The translations under genes were made by a program, and so were the position numbers. DNA of 64,000 bases from Eledone cirrhosa (lineage: Eukaryota). This document shows positions 47,152 to 60,804 of this stretch, piece by piece; the stretch's first letter is position 1; the number at the start of each line of letters is the position of its first letter. The stretch covers positions 372,001 through 436,000 of the forward strand of contig OZ024754.1 of NCBI GenBank assembly GCA_964016885.1. Reading direction: 5' to 3'. The notes beneath the pieces were generated by a model. It was given only the letters and a program-made list of their open reading frames with translations. It did no database searches and was not told the DNA's origin.

Positions 47152-48027
47152 TCTATATATATAAAACTGTGGTTGTCTGTCTGTCTATCGATTTTTGGCA
47201 CACATCTCCTCTTAGAATCTCTCACGGAATTGCACCGAAATTGCTATACTTGTACATTGAGCCCTAGCGAAGACATCGGAAAAAAAAATTTCAAATTGAC
47301 CCACCCTATCTGACGAAATCGAATATAATGTATCGATTTTTGAGCGTAAGTTATCAGTTATTTCCCTTTGTTCTGTTTACATTGAGCGTCTTACGTAAAA
47401 AATTACGCTGGCTTTAACAGTTGTCGAGCCAGCAAAATATTGACCTGCAAAATTCATCAGTTCGAACACTAAGCTTCCGTTTTGCTTCATTTCCATTTAA
47501 AAGCATTTTAAAACAATATTTTTACTTGAAAACAAGTCTATTTAAAGACTACGTAAAACAAGCAAATATTTCGCCGTTAGGCGTGCAGACAGACAGTCGT
47601 ACAGACAGACAGTCGTGCAGAGAGGTGATATACGCGTGCAGACAGACAGTCGTGCAGAGAGGTGATATAGGCGTGCAGACAGACAGTCGTGCAGAGAGGT
47701 GATATAGGCGTGCAGACAGACATAACTGATAATTTGGTTACGCTAATGTTTTTATCTGCGTTGCAGTGTTTACATTTTCGATCTTTGTTAATAAATAACC
47801 AGTGCAGTTTTTATCCCCAGCATCCTCTTTTGTTATAACATTCGGGTTATCGTTATGTTTTCTTAACTTCATAAGGCATATTGTTGTTTGAGGGAATATT
47901 AATCAAAAACACCACATGCAAGTCTGCACAGTAGACACTACAGTTTTTAAGCCAAAAAAGAAACTTAACATTGTAACTTTAACACAGCTACTGAGCGACC
48001 CCGAGCAACGCCGGGCTTTACTGCTAG
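47152..48027 (+). mobile_element. Non-autonomous Helitron
   Basis: 5' A|TCTATATATATAAAAC..(TGTC)n; short internal tandem repeat at ~47578-47720; 3' hairpin CCCGAGCAACGCCGGG and CTAG|T. Confidence 0.8.
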
Positions 48028-48286
48028 TTTATAATAAACGAAGCAAATTTTACATATTTGACTTAATTATTTTATATATTAACCCTTTAGGAAAAATTAA
48101 CAAACTACCAAAACACACACCTATTTAGATATGTGGTACAATTTATGTACATGTTATGTTTATCACATATCGAACTTTTCTGATCATTTTAGAGTGCAAA
48201 GAGCTAAACTGATCACTACAACTAAATTGACAAAATTTGTTTCCCCCATTCAGAAATGCTTCCACCGCCCCTGAATAATAAGAAAG

Positions 48287-48324
<38 letters not shown>

Positions 48325-48400
48325 TTTTTGAGGGCAACTAACTTGTCTGTTGAAGTGAGAATATTTTCGTTTTTACCTTGCATACTACTGTTTGTTTTAT

Positions 48401-48600
48401 TTAGTACATCCTCTCCTTGAAGGTCGTGGATGTTGCATCGATGTAGGTGTGCTTAGCTTTTTGTATGTTAACCACACGTTTATAGACAACGCCATTCACT
48501 AGGCAATTCTTCTGTAGAGCGTATTGTGTGCCAACGCGGCAGTTGCAAGTTCTGGTTATATGCTGCTCACTATACGCTAGTCCCTGCGTAAATAATGGGC
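48401..48600 (-). mobile_element. Penelope-like element GIY-YIG endonuclease fragment
   Basis: TCNCR......NCLVNGVVYKRVV......TYIDAT.TTFKER, a decayed CNCR..C...CL..VVY...YIG.T..FKER motif. Confidence 0.7.
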
Positions 48601-49137
48601 AGCATATAACCAGAACTTGCAACATTATAAATAACATTCCTCGTTACCAATAATAATAATTGTTTCTACTTTTGGCACAAGACCAGCAATTATCCCAGTG
48701 TATTACTGGTACTTTACTTTATCGACCCCGTAAGGATGAAAGGCAATGTTAACCTCGACGGGATTTGAACTCAGATCATAATTGTTTCTACGTTAGGCAC
48801 AAGGCCAGCAATTACCCAGTGCATTACTGGTACTTTATTTTATCGACCCCGTAAGGATGAAAGGCAAAGTTAACCTTGGCGGGATTTGAACTCAGAATGG
48901 CAAGGGCCGTAACTCTATACGTCAACGCATGGCGTCCGACCCTCTACCAATACTGCCAATCCACCGCCCCTCAGATCATAATGGGCCGTAACTCTTTGCT
49001 GCAAAGCATGGTCCAACCCTCTACCGATACTGCCAATCCACCATACTCTGCTCCGCGTGAGCATCGAGTACTCAAACGGCATACCACCTACGGACCCATT
49101 TATTGTAACCTCACAACAACTATATATATATATATAT

Positions 49138-49210
<73 letters not shown>

Positions 49211-49331
49211 CATACATACATATATATGTGTGAATATATATATATATATATATAGTTCAAAAGGACAAACAAACGCAGGAGTCAATAGTAGATAGTTATA
49301 TTAGGTTCACGCTTGGTGAGAGTGGAGGAGG

Positions 49332-49367
49332 TTTCGACGTTTCGGACTTAAGTCCTTCATCAGGAAA
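49332..49367 (-). ncRNA. Ultra-minimal (36-nt) type-I hammerhead ribozyme motif
   Basis: Minus: UUUC CUGAUGA A GGAC UUAA GUCC GAAA CG UC^GAAA; palindromic ACGU stem III; extra A after A9. Confidence 0.65.
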
Positions 49368-49421
49368 GTTGAGAGAAACTCCGAGAGGGAGTAAGGAGGG
49401 ACGTTAACAAGAACATGATGT

Positions 49422-49543
<122 letters not shown>

Positions 49544-49574
49544 ATCCACAATATCCGACATGTATGGAGTAGAC

Positions 49575-49736
49575 CAGCGGTCGCCAACCTTTCGGACCTC
49601 GCAGACCATTAAATTCATAATTATAAATCCCACGGACCACTAATATGAATTTTTAAAAAAAGCTACATTAAAATAGATTCAAATTTTTCTGCGAACTACC
49701 AAACTTTTGTCTCGAACCCCCGGTTGGTGACCTCTG
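49575..49736. mobile_element. hAT (Charlie-like) MITE
   Basis: TIRs CAGCGGTCGCCAACC / GGTTGGTGACCTCTG; near 8-bp TSD GAGTAGAC / GAGTAGTT. Confidence 0.75.
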
Positions 49737-49999
49737 GAGTAGTTTATCTCGTATGTCCTTGCGCCTGAAGAGAAAGGCCAGTTTTAGAACCGCTACTCTA
49801 CTATACAGCGGTGGCCATAACTGGAACGGGAAACCTAAGGTCCTGCATGCATGTTATCTGTATGAACTTTAATATAAACACGTGAGCAGGTAAATAAAAA
49901 CAAGGAAGACATTTTTAAATATAAGAAGTAGAATTTATTTATTTAGGGGATCAACGTTCTGTGATTGACTAAATGGAACTTACTCCAAGAGGAAGATTA

Positions 50000-50305
50000 C
50001 TTGGGCAGATTTATGGAGGTTGGAACATTTCCGATTCTATTTTCTGTTACGGTCGGTTTAAGATACGCTACCAACCCCAACAAATGTGTACAAGTGGCGC
50101 ATGAGGGTTGAATTTTGCAGGATCTGTAAAAAAAGAGGCACTGTGGCTCATTTTATCAGGGAGGCAGCAGAACTGGCCTCTTGTTGGCTTTGAAGCAGGA
50201 GAGAGGAGATAAGCTGGAAGTCAGAAGTCGAAGATGGACAGTAATTTGGCCACCATTGCTGACCCACGAGCGAGAAGGTAATATGGTTGAGGGTTGAGAC
50301 ACCTA
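50000..50305 (+). mobile_element. Probable HERO/R2-superfamily LINE 3' end
   Basis: FIREAAELASCWL*SRREEISWK at ~50152-50220 resembles the EAAE.AS.WLW.RR..W C-terminal motif (recalled, not searched). Confidence 0.5.
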
Positions 50306-50860
50306 ATGGACTGTTGGACACCGATGACATCAACACCTCCTGGTCAAGACTATGGTCTGTTGGACACCGATGACATCAACACCTCCTGGTCAAGACTATG
50401 GACTGTTGAACACCGATGACATCAACACCTCCTGGTCAAGACTATGGACTGTTGGACACCGATGACATCAACACCTCCTGGTCAAGACTATAGTCTGTTG
50501 GACACCGATGACATCAACACCTCCTGGTCAAGACTATGGTCTGTTGGACACCGATGACATCAACACCTCCTGGTCAAGACTATAGTCTGTTGGACACCGA
50601 TGACATCAACACCTCCTGGTCAAGACTATGGTCTGTTGGACACCGATGACATCAACACATCCTGGTCAAGACTATAGTCTGTTGGACACCGATGACATCA
50701 ACACCTCCTGGTCAAGACTATGGTCTGTTGGACACCGATGACATCAACACCTCCTGGTCAAGACTATGGTCTGTTGGACACCGATGACATCAACACCTCC
50801 TGGTCAAGACTATGGTCTGTTGGACACCGATGACATCAACACCTGCTGGTCAAGACTATG
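50305..50860. repeat. 46-bp tandem minisatellite (~12 copies)
   Basis: TATGGTCTGTTGGACACCGATGACATCAACACCTCCTGGTCAAGAC unit. Confidence 0.97.
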
Positions 50861-51238
50861 TCCCACACGGGTAAAAATATAAGGGAAATAATTTGAAAAT
50901 GCAACTGGAGTCTTTTATTAATATTATTTACTTTACCGGTTTCACAGTTCTTATGATTATCAAACGTAAAATTCAAATGGAGGGTTTGTGATTCTGTTGT
51001 GATGTCTCTCATCATATATATGATAGAGGTATATAAGATGGCATATATGATCAGTATATGTATAATAAACATGCAGAAGTTTTATTATGTCTTAAGGTGT
51101 GAACATCCTTCTGTTTTATACTCTTTTGAAAAATTATTTCCTGACAAAACATTTTTTTCCTTTAGAATATATAAAATATATATATTGTTAGGTTTCACTT
51201 TGGTTTGTATTGCAGTTCAATTTCCTTTGTTTTTTCTC

Positions 51239-52495
51239 CTATTTCTTTATTCTAAACAATTTTTTCACCTCATCAATAAAATTTTGATTCCTGCAGCCAT
51301 AAATAATGGGATTTACACTTGAGTTAACGTAAAAACTATGTCGTGCAAGCCAATAAAAAATGGCTGTGGCTACCGACATTCTGTCTTCGGATTTCAGTAC
51401 TGCGTTTACCATCATGGCTGCCACGCTGGGTATGTAGGTGACTATAAAGATGAATGTAATCATCATCATTGTTATGGTGGTCCGTTGTACTCGAGTGACT
51501 TGTTCTCTTGCTCGCTTCATACTGTTTGTTTCCCTTTTCACGGTTGCCATTGAAGCCTTTTTCTTTATTTGTTTTTTCGGCTGAACTACGAAATTCTCGT
51601 TAGAATACACGCCCGATGATGATGAAGTCGTGTTTGACATATTCACCGTTGTAGAGATGTCCACAAATTCAATTTCTTGATTGGAAGTGGAACTGTCGGG
51701 AGGTTTTCCAACGGTCACTGTGGCTTCAGTTGTTTCCCCTTCATTTTTGGATTTAAAACTAACAGTATTACTTACTGATATTAGAGCTGGTTGACTTTTT
51801 TTGACGACGCTACGCATACGATTTAAAACAATACTGTACAATATAGTCAACAGAAAAATGGTAAAAATGGTAATCAGTAAATAGAATGCAAAGAATCCAA
51901 GTTGGTAATAATTCGGCTTCTTGGACTTTTTTGACGAGCAGGAATAGCTGTAGATACCAGGGTACTTGGTCGATTTCTTAATACTTCCATAGTAAAGAAA
52001 CACAATACTTCCCTGTATAGCACAGAAAAGAAAAATACAGACTACAATAATTTTAGCAATTTTCATAGTTATTTGTGGTTTCAGTGGATGACATACTTTT
52101 CTGTACCTATCTATAGCAATAGCGGCGAGGAAAGCACAATTACAAAGTCCTGTAAATACAGATAAACACATATGGTTCTTGCACAGTGCATCCCATGTTG
52201 TTATCAAGGGGTAAACATTTTGTACAATACGACCTGGTGTTATAATGGTACACATTATTAAATCAGCAGAAGCTAGCATGACAACAAACAGATAAGTTGG
52301 TGAGAGTTTCAAACGAAATCCGTAAACATAAATAGTTAAAATGTTACCAACGAAACCAAAGATCATTGTTAATATAACTAGAATGGTAGAAGGAATTCTT
52401 ATTAAAACTTGTTGCCTATTGAGTTCTTCAATAGTGACATTATATTCTGTACTGTTTACTGTTCCGTTCAGTATTGTTGTAGCAAACGACGTCAT
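51239..52495 (-). CDS. Class A GPCR, same family, intronless CDS; paralogue C (418 aa)
   Basis: Same motifs as paralogue A; the first ~205 aa differ from A at 5 positions. Confidence 0.95.
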   Translation of the reverse strand: MTSFATTILNGTVNSTEYNVTIEELNRQQVLIRIPSTILVILTMIFGFVGNILTIYVYGFRLKLSPTYLFVVMLASADLIMCTIITPGRIVQNVYPLITTWDALCKNHMCLSVFTGLCNCAFLAAIAIDRYRKVCHPLKPQITMKIAKIIVVCIFLFCAIQGSIVFLYYGSIKKSTKYPGIYSYSCSSKKSKKPNYYQLGFFAFYLLITIFTIFLLTILYSIVLNRMRSVVKKSQPALISVSNTVSFKSKNEGETTEATVTVGKPPDSSTSNQEIEFVDISTTVNMSNTTSSSSGVYSNENFVVQPKKQIKKKASMATVKRETNSMKRAREQVTRVQRTTITMMMITFIFIVTYIPSVAAMMVNAVLKSEDRMSVATAIFYWLARHSFYVNSSVNPIIYGCRNQNFIDEVKKLFRIKK

Positions 52496-52861
52496 CTTTA
52501 TAAATGAATTTCTTTCTGTCTACCTGGAACAAAAAAAAAAAAAAATAAATGTCAGACAAAATATTGTTTCTACTTTTGGCACAAGACTAGCAATAATTCC
52601 AGTGCATTACAGGTACTTTATTTTATCGACCCCGTAAGGATGAAAGGCAAAGTTAACCTCGACGGGATTTGAACTCAGAACACAAAGAACCACAACTCTA
52701 TGCTGCAAGCATCGTGTCTGATGCTCTACTGATTCTGCCAATCCACCGGCATTTGCTATTGGAAACATGAAAAGTCTTTATATATTTCCTAAAGTACTAT
52801 TATTATTTCAATAGTTCTGAGTTCAAATCCCACCGAGGTTAACTTTGCCTTTCATCCTTAC

Positions 52862-53030
52862 GGGGTCAATAAAATAAAGTACCAGTAATACACTGGGGTT
52901 GATAAAATAAAGTACCAGTAATACACTGGGGTTGATAAAATAAAGTACCAGTAATACACTGGGGTTGATAAAATAAAGTACCAGTAATACACTGGGGTTG
53001 ATAAAATAAAGTACCAGTAATACACCGGGG
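52862..53030 (+). repeat. 33-bp tandem repeat (5 copies) inside a SINE core
   Basis: GGGGTTGATAAAATAAAGTACCAGTAATACACT unit. Confidence 0.92.
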
Positions 53031-53143
53031 TTGATTTAATCGACTTTTCTTTCCCCGAAAATTGTTGGCCTTGTGCCTAAAGTAGAAACAATTATTTCAG
53101 TAGCGTGTTGGATAACATGCTTTGCGGCAAACGGTCACGCACG

Positions 53144-53214
<71 letters not shown>

Positions 53215-53325
53215 ACACACACACGTGTGTGTGTGTATGTGTGTGTGTATGATTCACACCAAAATATCCGGACTGTTGAACATTGTCTTAGTCATTTGTC
53301 ACGCTGGCGGTTAACAACTTTCGTC

Positions 53326-55100
53326 TACATCACATATACAGTGTATGACAGTGTATATTAGAGACTACCTCACATATACAGTGTATGACAGTGTATATTA
53401 GAGACTACCTCACATATACAGTGTATGACAGTGTATATTAGAGACTAGCTCACATATACAGTGTATGATAGTGTATATTAGACTACCTCACATATACAGT
53501 GTATGATAGTGTATATTAGAGACTACCTCATATATACATGTATGACAGTGTATATTAGAGACTACCTCACATATACAGTGTATGATAGTGTATATTAGAG
53601 ACTACCTCACATATACAGTGTATGATAGTGTATATTAGAGACTACCTCATATATACATGTATGACAGTGTATATTAGAGACTACCTCACATATACAGTGT
53701 ATGATAGTGTATATTAGAGACTAGCTCATATATACATGTATGACAGTGTATATTAGAGACTACCTCACATATACAGTGTATGATAGTGTATATTAGAGAC
53801 TACCTCATATATACATGTATGACAGTGTATATTAGAGACTACCTCACATATACAGTGTATGATAGTGTATATTAGAGACTACCTCACATATACAGTGTAT
53901 GATAGTGTATATTAGAGACTACCTCACATATACAGTGTATGATAGTGTATATTAGACTACCTCACATATACAGTGTATGACAGTGTATATTAGAGACTAC
54001 CTCACATATACAGTGTATGACAGTGTATATTAGAGACTACCTCACATATACAGTGTATGACAGTGTATATTAGAGACTACCTCACATATACAGTGTATGA
54101 CAGTGTATATTAGAGACTACCTCACATATACAGTGTATGATAGTGTATATTAGAGACTACCTCACATATACAGTGTATGACAGTGTATATTAGAGACTAC
54201 CTCACATATACAGTGTATGATAGTGTATATTAGAGACTACCTCACATATACAGTGTATGACAGTGTATATTAGAGACTACCTCACATATACAGTGTATGA
54301 CAGTGTATATTAGAGACTAGCTCACATATACAGTGTATGATAGTGTATATTAGACTACCTCACATATACAGTGTATGATAGTGTATATTAGAGACTACCT
54401 CACATATACAGTGTATGACAGTGTATATTAGAGACTACCTCACATATACAGTGTATGATAGTGTATATTAGAGACTACCTCACATATACAGTGTATGATA
54501 GTGTATATTAGAGACTACCTCACATATACAGTGTATGACAGTGTATATTAGAGACCACCTCATATATACATGTATGACAGTGTATATTAGAGACTACCTC
54601 ACATATACAGTGTATGATAGTGTATATTAGAGACTACCTCACATATACAGTGTATGATAGTGTATATTAGAGACTACCTCACATATACAGTGTATGACAG
54701 TGTATATTAGAGACTACCTCACATATACAGTGTATGATAGTGTATATTAGAGACTACCTCACATATACAGTGTATGATAGTGTATATTAGAGACTACCTC
54801 ACATATACAGTGTATGACAGTGTATATTAGAGACTACCTCACATATACAGTGTATGATAGTGTATATTAGAGACTACCTCACATATACAGTGTATGATAG
54901 TGTATATTAGAGACTACCTCACATATACAGTGTATGACAGTGTATATTAGAGACTACCTCACATATACAGTGTATGACAGTGTATATTAGAGACCACCTC
55001 ACATATACAGTGTATGGCAGTGTATATTAGACTACCTCACATATACAGTGTATGACAGTGTATATTAGAGACCACCTCACATATACAGTGTATGACAGTG
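53326..55100. repeat. 40-bp tandem minisatellite (~44 copies)
   Basis: CTACCTCACATATACAGTGTATGA(C/T)AGTGTATATTAGAGA unit. Confidence 0.97.
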
Positions 55101-55102
55101 TA

Positions 55103-55415
55103 CAACAACAGCAACAAAAATAACAAGACAACAACACCAACAATAAGAACACCAACAATAAAATCAACAACAACAACATAACAACATCAACAACAAGAGC
55201 ATCATCAACAACATCAACAACATCAACAACAACATCAACAACATCAACAACAACAGCAACAATAAAATAGCAACAACAGCAACAATAAGAACAGCAACAA
55301 CAACATCAACAACAACAGCAACAACAACAATAACAACAGCAACAACAACAGCAACAACATCAACAACAACAATAACAACAGCAACAACAACAGCAACAAC
55401 AACAACAATAACAAA
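55103..55415. repeat. (AAC)n-like degenerate microsatellite
   Basis: Direct reading. Confidence 0.9.
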
Positions 55416-55952
55416 TTCAGTGTAATGTCAACCTACCTTTTATCCAACAGACGACCGAGAAACTTCTATGTGAACCAACGATAAAGTCGTTCGACCCGCT
55501 AGAAATATCAACCAAATCTACCTCAAACCTTATCCAAGCTTTTTTATGATGGCTGAATATTCTGGAGGAAACCAGGTCATAGATATAAATAATATCTCAG
55601 AAAAGAAAACGAGCTTCGTTATGGCTCTGCACACGACGACCAAATGACACAGTTTATGAAGTAATGTCGGAAATTATTTGATATGGTGAGAATCCAATCA
55701 TTTATATAGTTTCAAATATACCTTTTAAATTTAATTTAGTATGAGGATGGTTTTCTGATTTAATTCCATTGGTCGATATATTTACGTCAAAGAATCCGCG
55801 CCTGTTTTCTAGATTGGGCTCTTCCGAAGGACTTACGCTTCACATGTTCTCAATTCATATTAATTATCTAATTACTGAAAGCTATAATTTGTATGAATTA
55901 TAACTTTTCTTCAGCTAATTAAGTTTTACATATGTATAATATAGGTCGTATA

Positions 55953-56750
<798 letters not shown>

Positions 56751-56788
56751 TATATATATATCAATTTTCTCTCTACATGGCTGAATAC

Positions 56789-57186
56789 AATAAATGTAAT
56801 CTGAGTTTTTCGAATATTAATAATAACATTCGATTCGTTTGCAATTATGCAAACAAGCCTCATTTTTAAAGCCATGTCAGTAGAATGAACACTTCATTCT
56901 TGCTCTTGTGTTGGTTTGTAAACAGAACTGCAGACACTAAGGTTTCTTCATCAGTACAGCTCACTGTTCACCTGCCAACTGTACAGCTCACTGTTCACTA
57001 ACTCTGACAGTTGGCAGGTGAACAGTGATACCCAGAAACATTAGTGTTCAGTTCTGTTTACATGCCACCACAAGAGCAAGAATAAAGGGTTCATTCTGCA
57101 ACATGGCTTTAAAAATGAGGCTTGTTTGCATAATTGCAAAACGAATCGAACGTTATTATTAATATTGGAAAAACTCAGATTACATT

Positions 57187-57190
<4 letters not shown>
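56789..57190. repeat. ~160-bp inverted repeat pair (fold-back; probable Penelope pseudo-LTR remnants)
   Basis: 56789-56946 is the reverse complement of 57034-57190; decayed hammerhead halves at the inner ends. Confidence 0.8.
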
Positions 57191-57271
<81 letters not shown>

Positions 57272-57459
57272 CATTTCTCACTCTTAGTACGGCTGATTCT
57301 GAAATGTAAGTATGTATACGTACATACATATATGTATACAGACGCACAGTAGTATGTATATATATACATACATGCACAGATATACATATGTACGTATGGA
57401 TTTACCGAACATTTATTATCATGTTCGGTTTGTTTGTAAACAAACAGCCCGAATGTATA

Positions 57460-57562
57460 TACATAATAAGGTTATGTTTCCGAGGCAATCCAAGATGAAT
57501 CGACATGGGAACGGACGTCCTATTCATCTTGGATTGCCTCGGAAACACAACCTTATTATGTA
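57460..57562. repeat. 41-bp-arm near-perfect hairpin
   Basis: Arms 57460-57500 and 57522-57562, one mismatch, 21-nt loop. Confidence 0.9.
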
Positions 57563-58149
57563 ACAAGCTGTCTGGTGATGTCACGACACTCGCACACAGA
57601 ACAGTGTGGCTAATGTCGTCAATGAAATATATAACACAGCATTATTATTAAAGGGCTTTCCAGCATAGTTACGTCCCTTTACGATCTGAGTTCAAATCCC
57701 GCCGAGGTTGACTTTGCCTTTCATCCTTACGGGGTCGATAAAATAAAGTACCAGTAATGCACTGGGTAATTGCTGGCCTTGTGTCTAAAGTAGAAACAAT
57801 TATTAAAGGGCGGTGGATTGGCAGTATCGGTAAGGGTCGGACGCCATGCTTTGAAGCATAGAGTTACCTCCCTTTATGATCTGAGTTCAAATCCCGCCGA
57901 GGTTAACTTTGCCTTTCATCCTTACGGGGTCGATAAAATAAAGTACCACTAATGCACTGGAATAATTGCTGGCCTTGTGCCAAAAGTAGAAACAATTATT
58001 ATTAAAGGACTTGAACATCTAAAACTACTTCGCTTTTACTTATTCGATATTTACTCCGTCACTCCTATGTGGAAAAAGTACGTTGAGTGCTTGAATTGAA
58101 TTGAATTGAATTGAATTGAATTGAATTTACCCTAAGTATATATATATAG

Positions 58150-58600
58150 GAGCAGCCAAGCTCATGGATGTTATCCAACCAACTTTCTCAAGGTCTACTC
58201 CTGGGGCTGCTGCCTGTAATATATGTCCAACAATTCTAACGACATGTCCATAATATCGGAGCTGTGATCTCTCAATTCAGAGAAGTGGCAACTCTACTTG
58301 GAATAACTCTCTGATTTCCGAGCTACAAACTCTATCGAGTGGCGTTCTTCCAAAGACTTCCAGATCCCTGAGGAACCTCATTTTAGCCGCTTGTATTCGC
58401 GATCATATTCTTTCGGTCGTTACCAAACATTGTTGACCATAGGTAAGGATTAGCACGAATTTTCGAATTAAAGATATCGAGTTTGGTTTTTTTTACCTAC
58501 CTCCCTTCTTCTGATGACCGAATGCCGAAGCTGGCGAATTACTGCACCAGCTCCTGCAATTCTTGCGCATAATTCAGCCTCTTGCTTTCCATCACTATGT
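58150..58600 (-). mobile_element. RTE LINE C-terminal fragment, decayed
   Basis: Minus strand ILTYGQQCLVTTERI*SRIQAAKMRFLR (cf. LTYG.E.W..TER.RSRIQAAEM.FLR). Confidence 0.65.
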
Positions 58601-58965
58601 CATTGATGAAAATAAAATACTATACTAGCAAATTGAAGTTGAATTCAATCAATTCTGAACCACTTTCGTAATTTCTATTTTAACAGATCGCGAATTGACA
58701 GAGTTGTTAGAACATCGGATAAAATGATTCATGGTATCCGGTCCGTCTCGCTGCGCTCTGAGTTCAAATGCTGCCTTTAACTTTTCGATATCGTTAAATA
58801 AAAAATGTTCTACATGAAACAACATATAAGATAAACCCCTCTATATATTTGTCTCGTTGTGTGAGCTTTACCTGACCTGAAATATACTGTAACTCAAAAC
58901 ACCACAGTCTGCATCTCTGAATGACGAAAGGGTTAGTTATATCTTATATATATCTTATATATCTA

Positions 58966-59322
58966 CAAGGGCAATCCCAAAAGTAAGGTCTCCTTCCGTT
59001 AAAATCATGTGGATAGTGCTTCGGGAAACCTCAGGAACCAAAATGCAGAGAGTGATCCGCCGATCTTTACGCATGTTTTCCTCGGAAGGAGACCTTACAT
59101 TTTGGATATAATAACTGCGCGAAATTCGCACTTGGCGGTAGCGTTCAACGGGAGCTCCATTCTCAACGGCTGCCAAGCCAACATTGAGCATCCCAGAGAA
59201 GCGCGCGCATGCTTGTTTGGGAGTGAAGGAAGCACCAATCACAACAGTGTTGCCAACAGCCGTACGAACAGTTTATCTGCGTCCCCATCGCTTTGGAGAC
59301 CTTACTTTTGGGATTACCCACG
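58966..59322 (-). mobile_element. Internally deleted mariner element
   Basis: TA-flanked TIRs C..GGG(C/T)AATCCCAAAAGTAAGGTCTCC; minus-strand remnant DRRITL....EVSRSTIHMILTE of the transposase HTH. Confidence 0.8.
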
Positions 59323-59896
59323 TATATAGCTATATCTATATAGCTATATCTTATATCTTCTATAAATGGATCTGCCTTATGTCACAGATAACAATATTAT
59401 ATTTAGCAAAATCGAGAAAAAGAACAAAGGAATTTTCTGACAAAAAACAAAAAACATTTTTTAAACCTATTCCTATCTCTCCACTGAGGCGGTGAATTGG
59501 TAGAGTGGTTTGAACGTCGGGTAGAATGGTAGAATGGTTAGAACGTCAGATAGAATGGTAGAATGGTTAGAACGTCAGATAGAATGCTTTGTAGTATTCG
59601 GTTCGGCTCTCTGAGTTCAAATCCCACCGAGGTCAACTTTATATTTCATTCTTTCGAGGTCGATAAAAAAAGTACCAGTCTAATACTGGGATCGATTCTT
59701 CCTATATATCTCTTTCTCATTTCCTCTCTCTCACTTTTTATCTTTCTCTCGAAGAAATCTACTGCATTCAGACCTGGAGAGGGGTGGGCTCTGCCAGGTC
59801 AGACCTGGAGAGGGATGGGCTCCAACAAGTTTAAAATGTTCAAGAAACGTCGTCTGTCAATACGGCACCCCTATGACTCTATCAGGTGTTACGGAA

Positions 59897-59966
<70 letters not shown>

Positions 59967-60804
59967 CTCCACTAGTCGCTATAATGTTGTAAAAGGACGC
60001 CAACTCCGAAGATCAATCGGAAATTTAGGATCCATGATAGGTACAAATCGATATCATTCTTAAGGTTTGTTTGGACTCTTAATCATCTTTTAATATGGAA
60101 TCCGCCTTTCAATCATTAAAAGGAGTTAATTACTATTAATATAAAGAAATTTAAGGGCGGTGGAGCGTCGGACACCATGCTTTATGGCATAGAGTTACGC
60201 CACTTTACGATCTGAGGTTAACTTTACCTTTCATCTTACAGGGTTGATAAAATAAAATACCAGTTGCACACTGAGGGCGATTTAAACGACTTTCCCTCCT
60301 CCAAAATTGTTGGCCTTGTGTCTAAATCAGAAACCATTATCAAGAAATTTACCTTTAATAGTAACTGGCTATTGTTTTGGAAATGTCAATTTGGAGCGTG
60401 GTTTTTAGCATGACGCAGTGTGTGAAAAGACTTCCCCTTTGAATTACAGGTACAGAGCATCCGATGGGCTTCCAGACAGTTTCCGTCTACACAATTTCAC
60501 TCACAAGGCTTTACTCGACTCGAAATTATGGTAAATGACACTTGTACAAGGACTCCAAGAGAAATTTTGCAAGGCGGAACAAGACACCTTTGGGGCTCGA
60601 AGCAAGCAACGATTTTTCTCAAAATAGATGTTGCATGATTTCTGTTAGGCCTTTTTAGCTCTTGGGCCCGGAACAAAGTTCCGACTGGACGCCACCCCTC
60701 ACTTCTCTTAGGCCCTGCACATGGCTAAGATGTCATCATGTAATGAGACCGACCCTCAAGACTTCATCATAGGGAAGTGAACTTTTTAGCCATTCAGATA
60801 TTCT

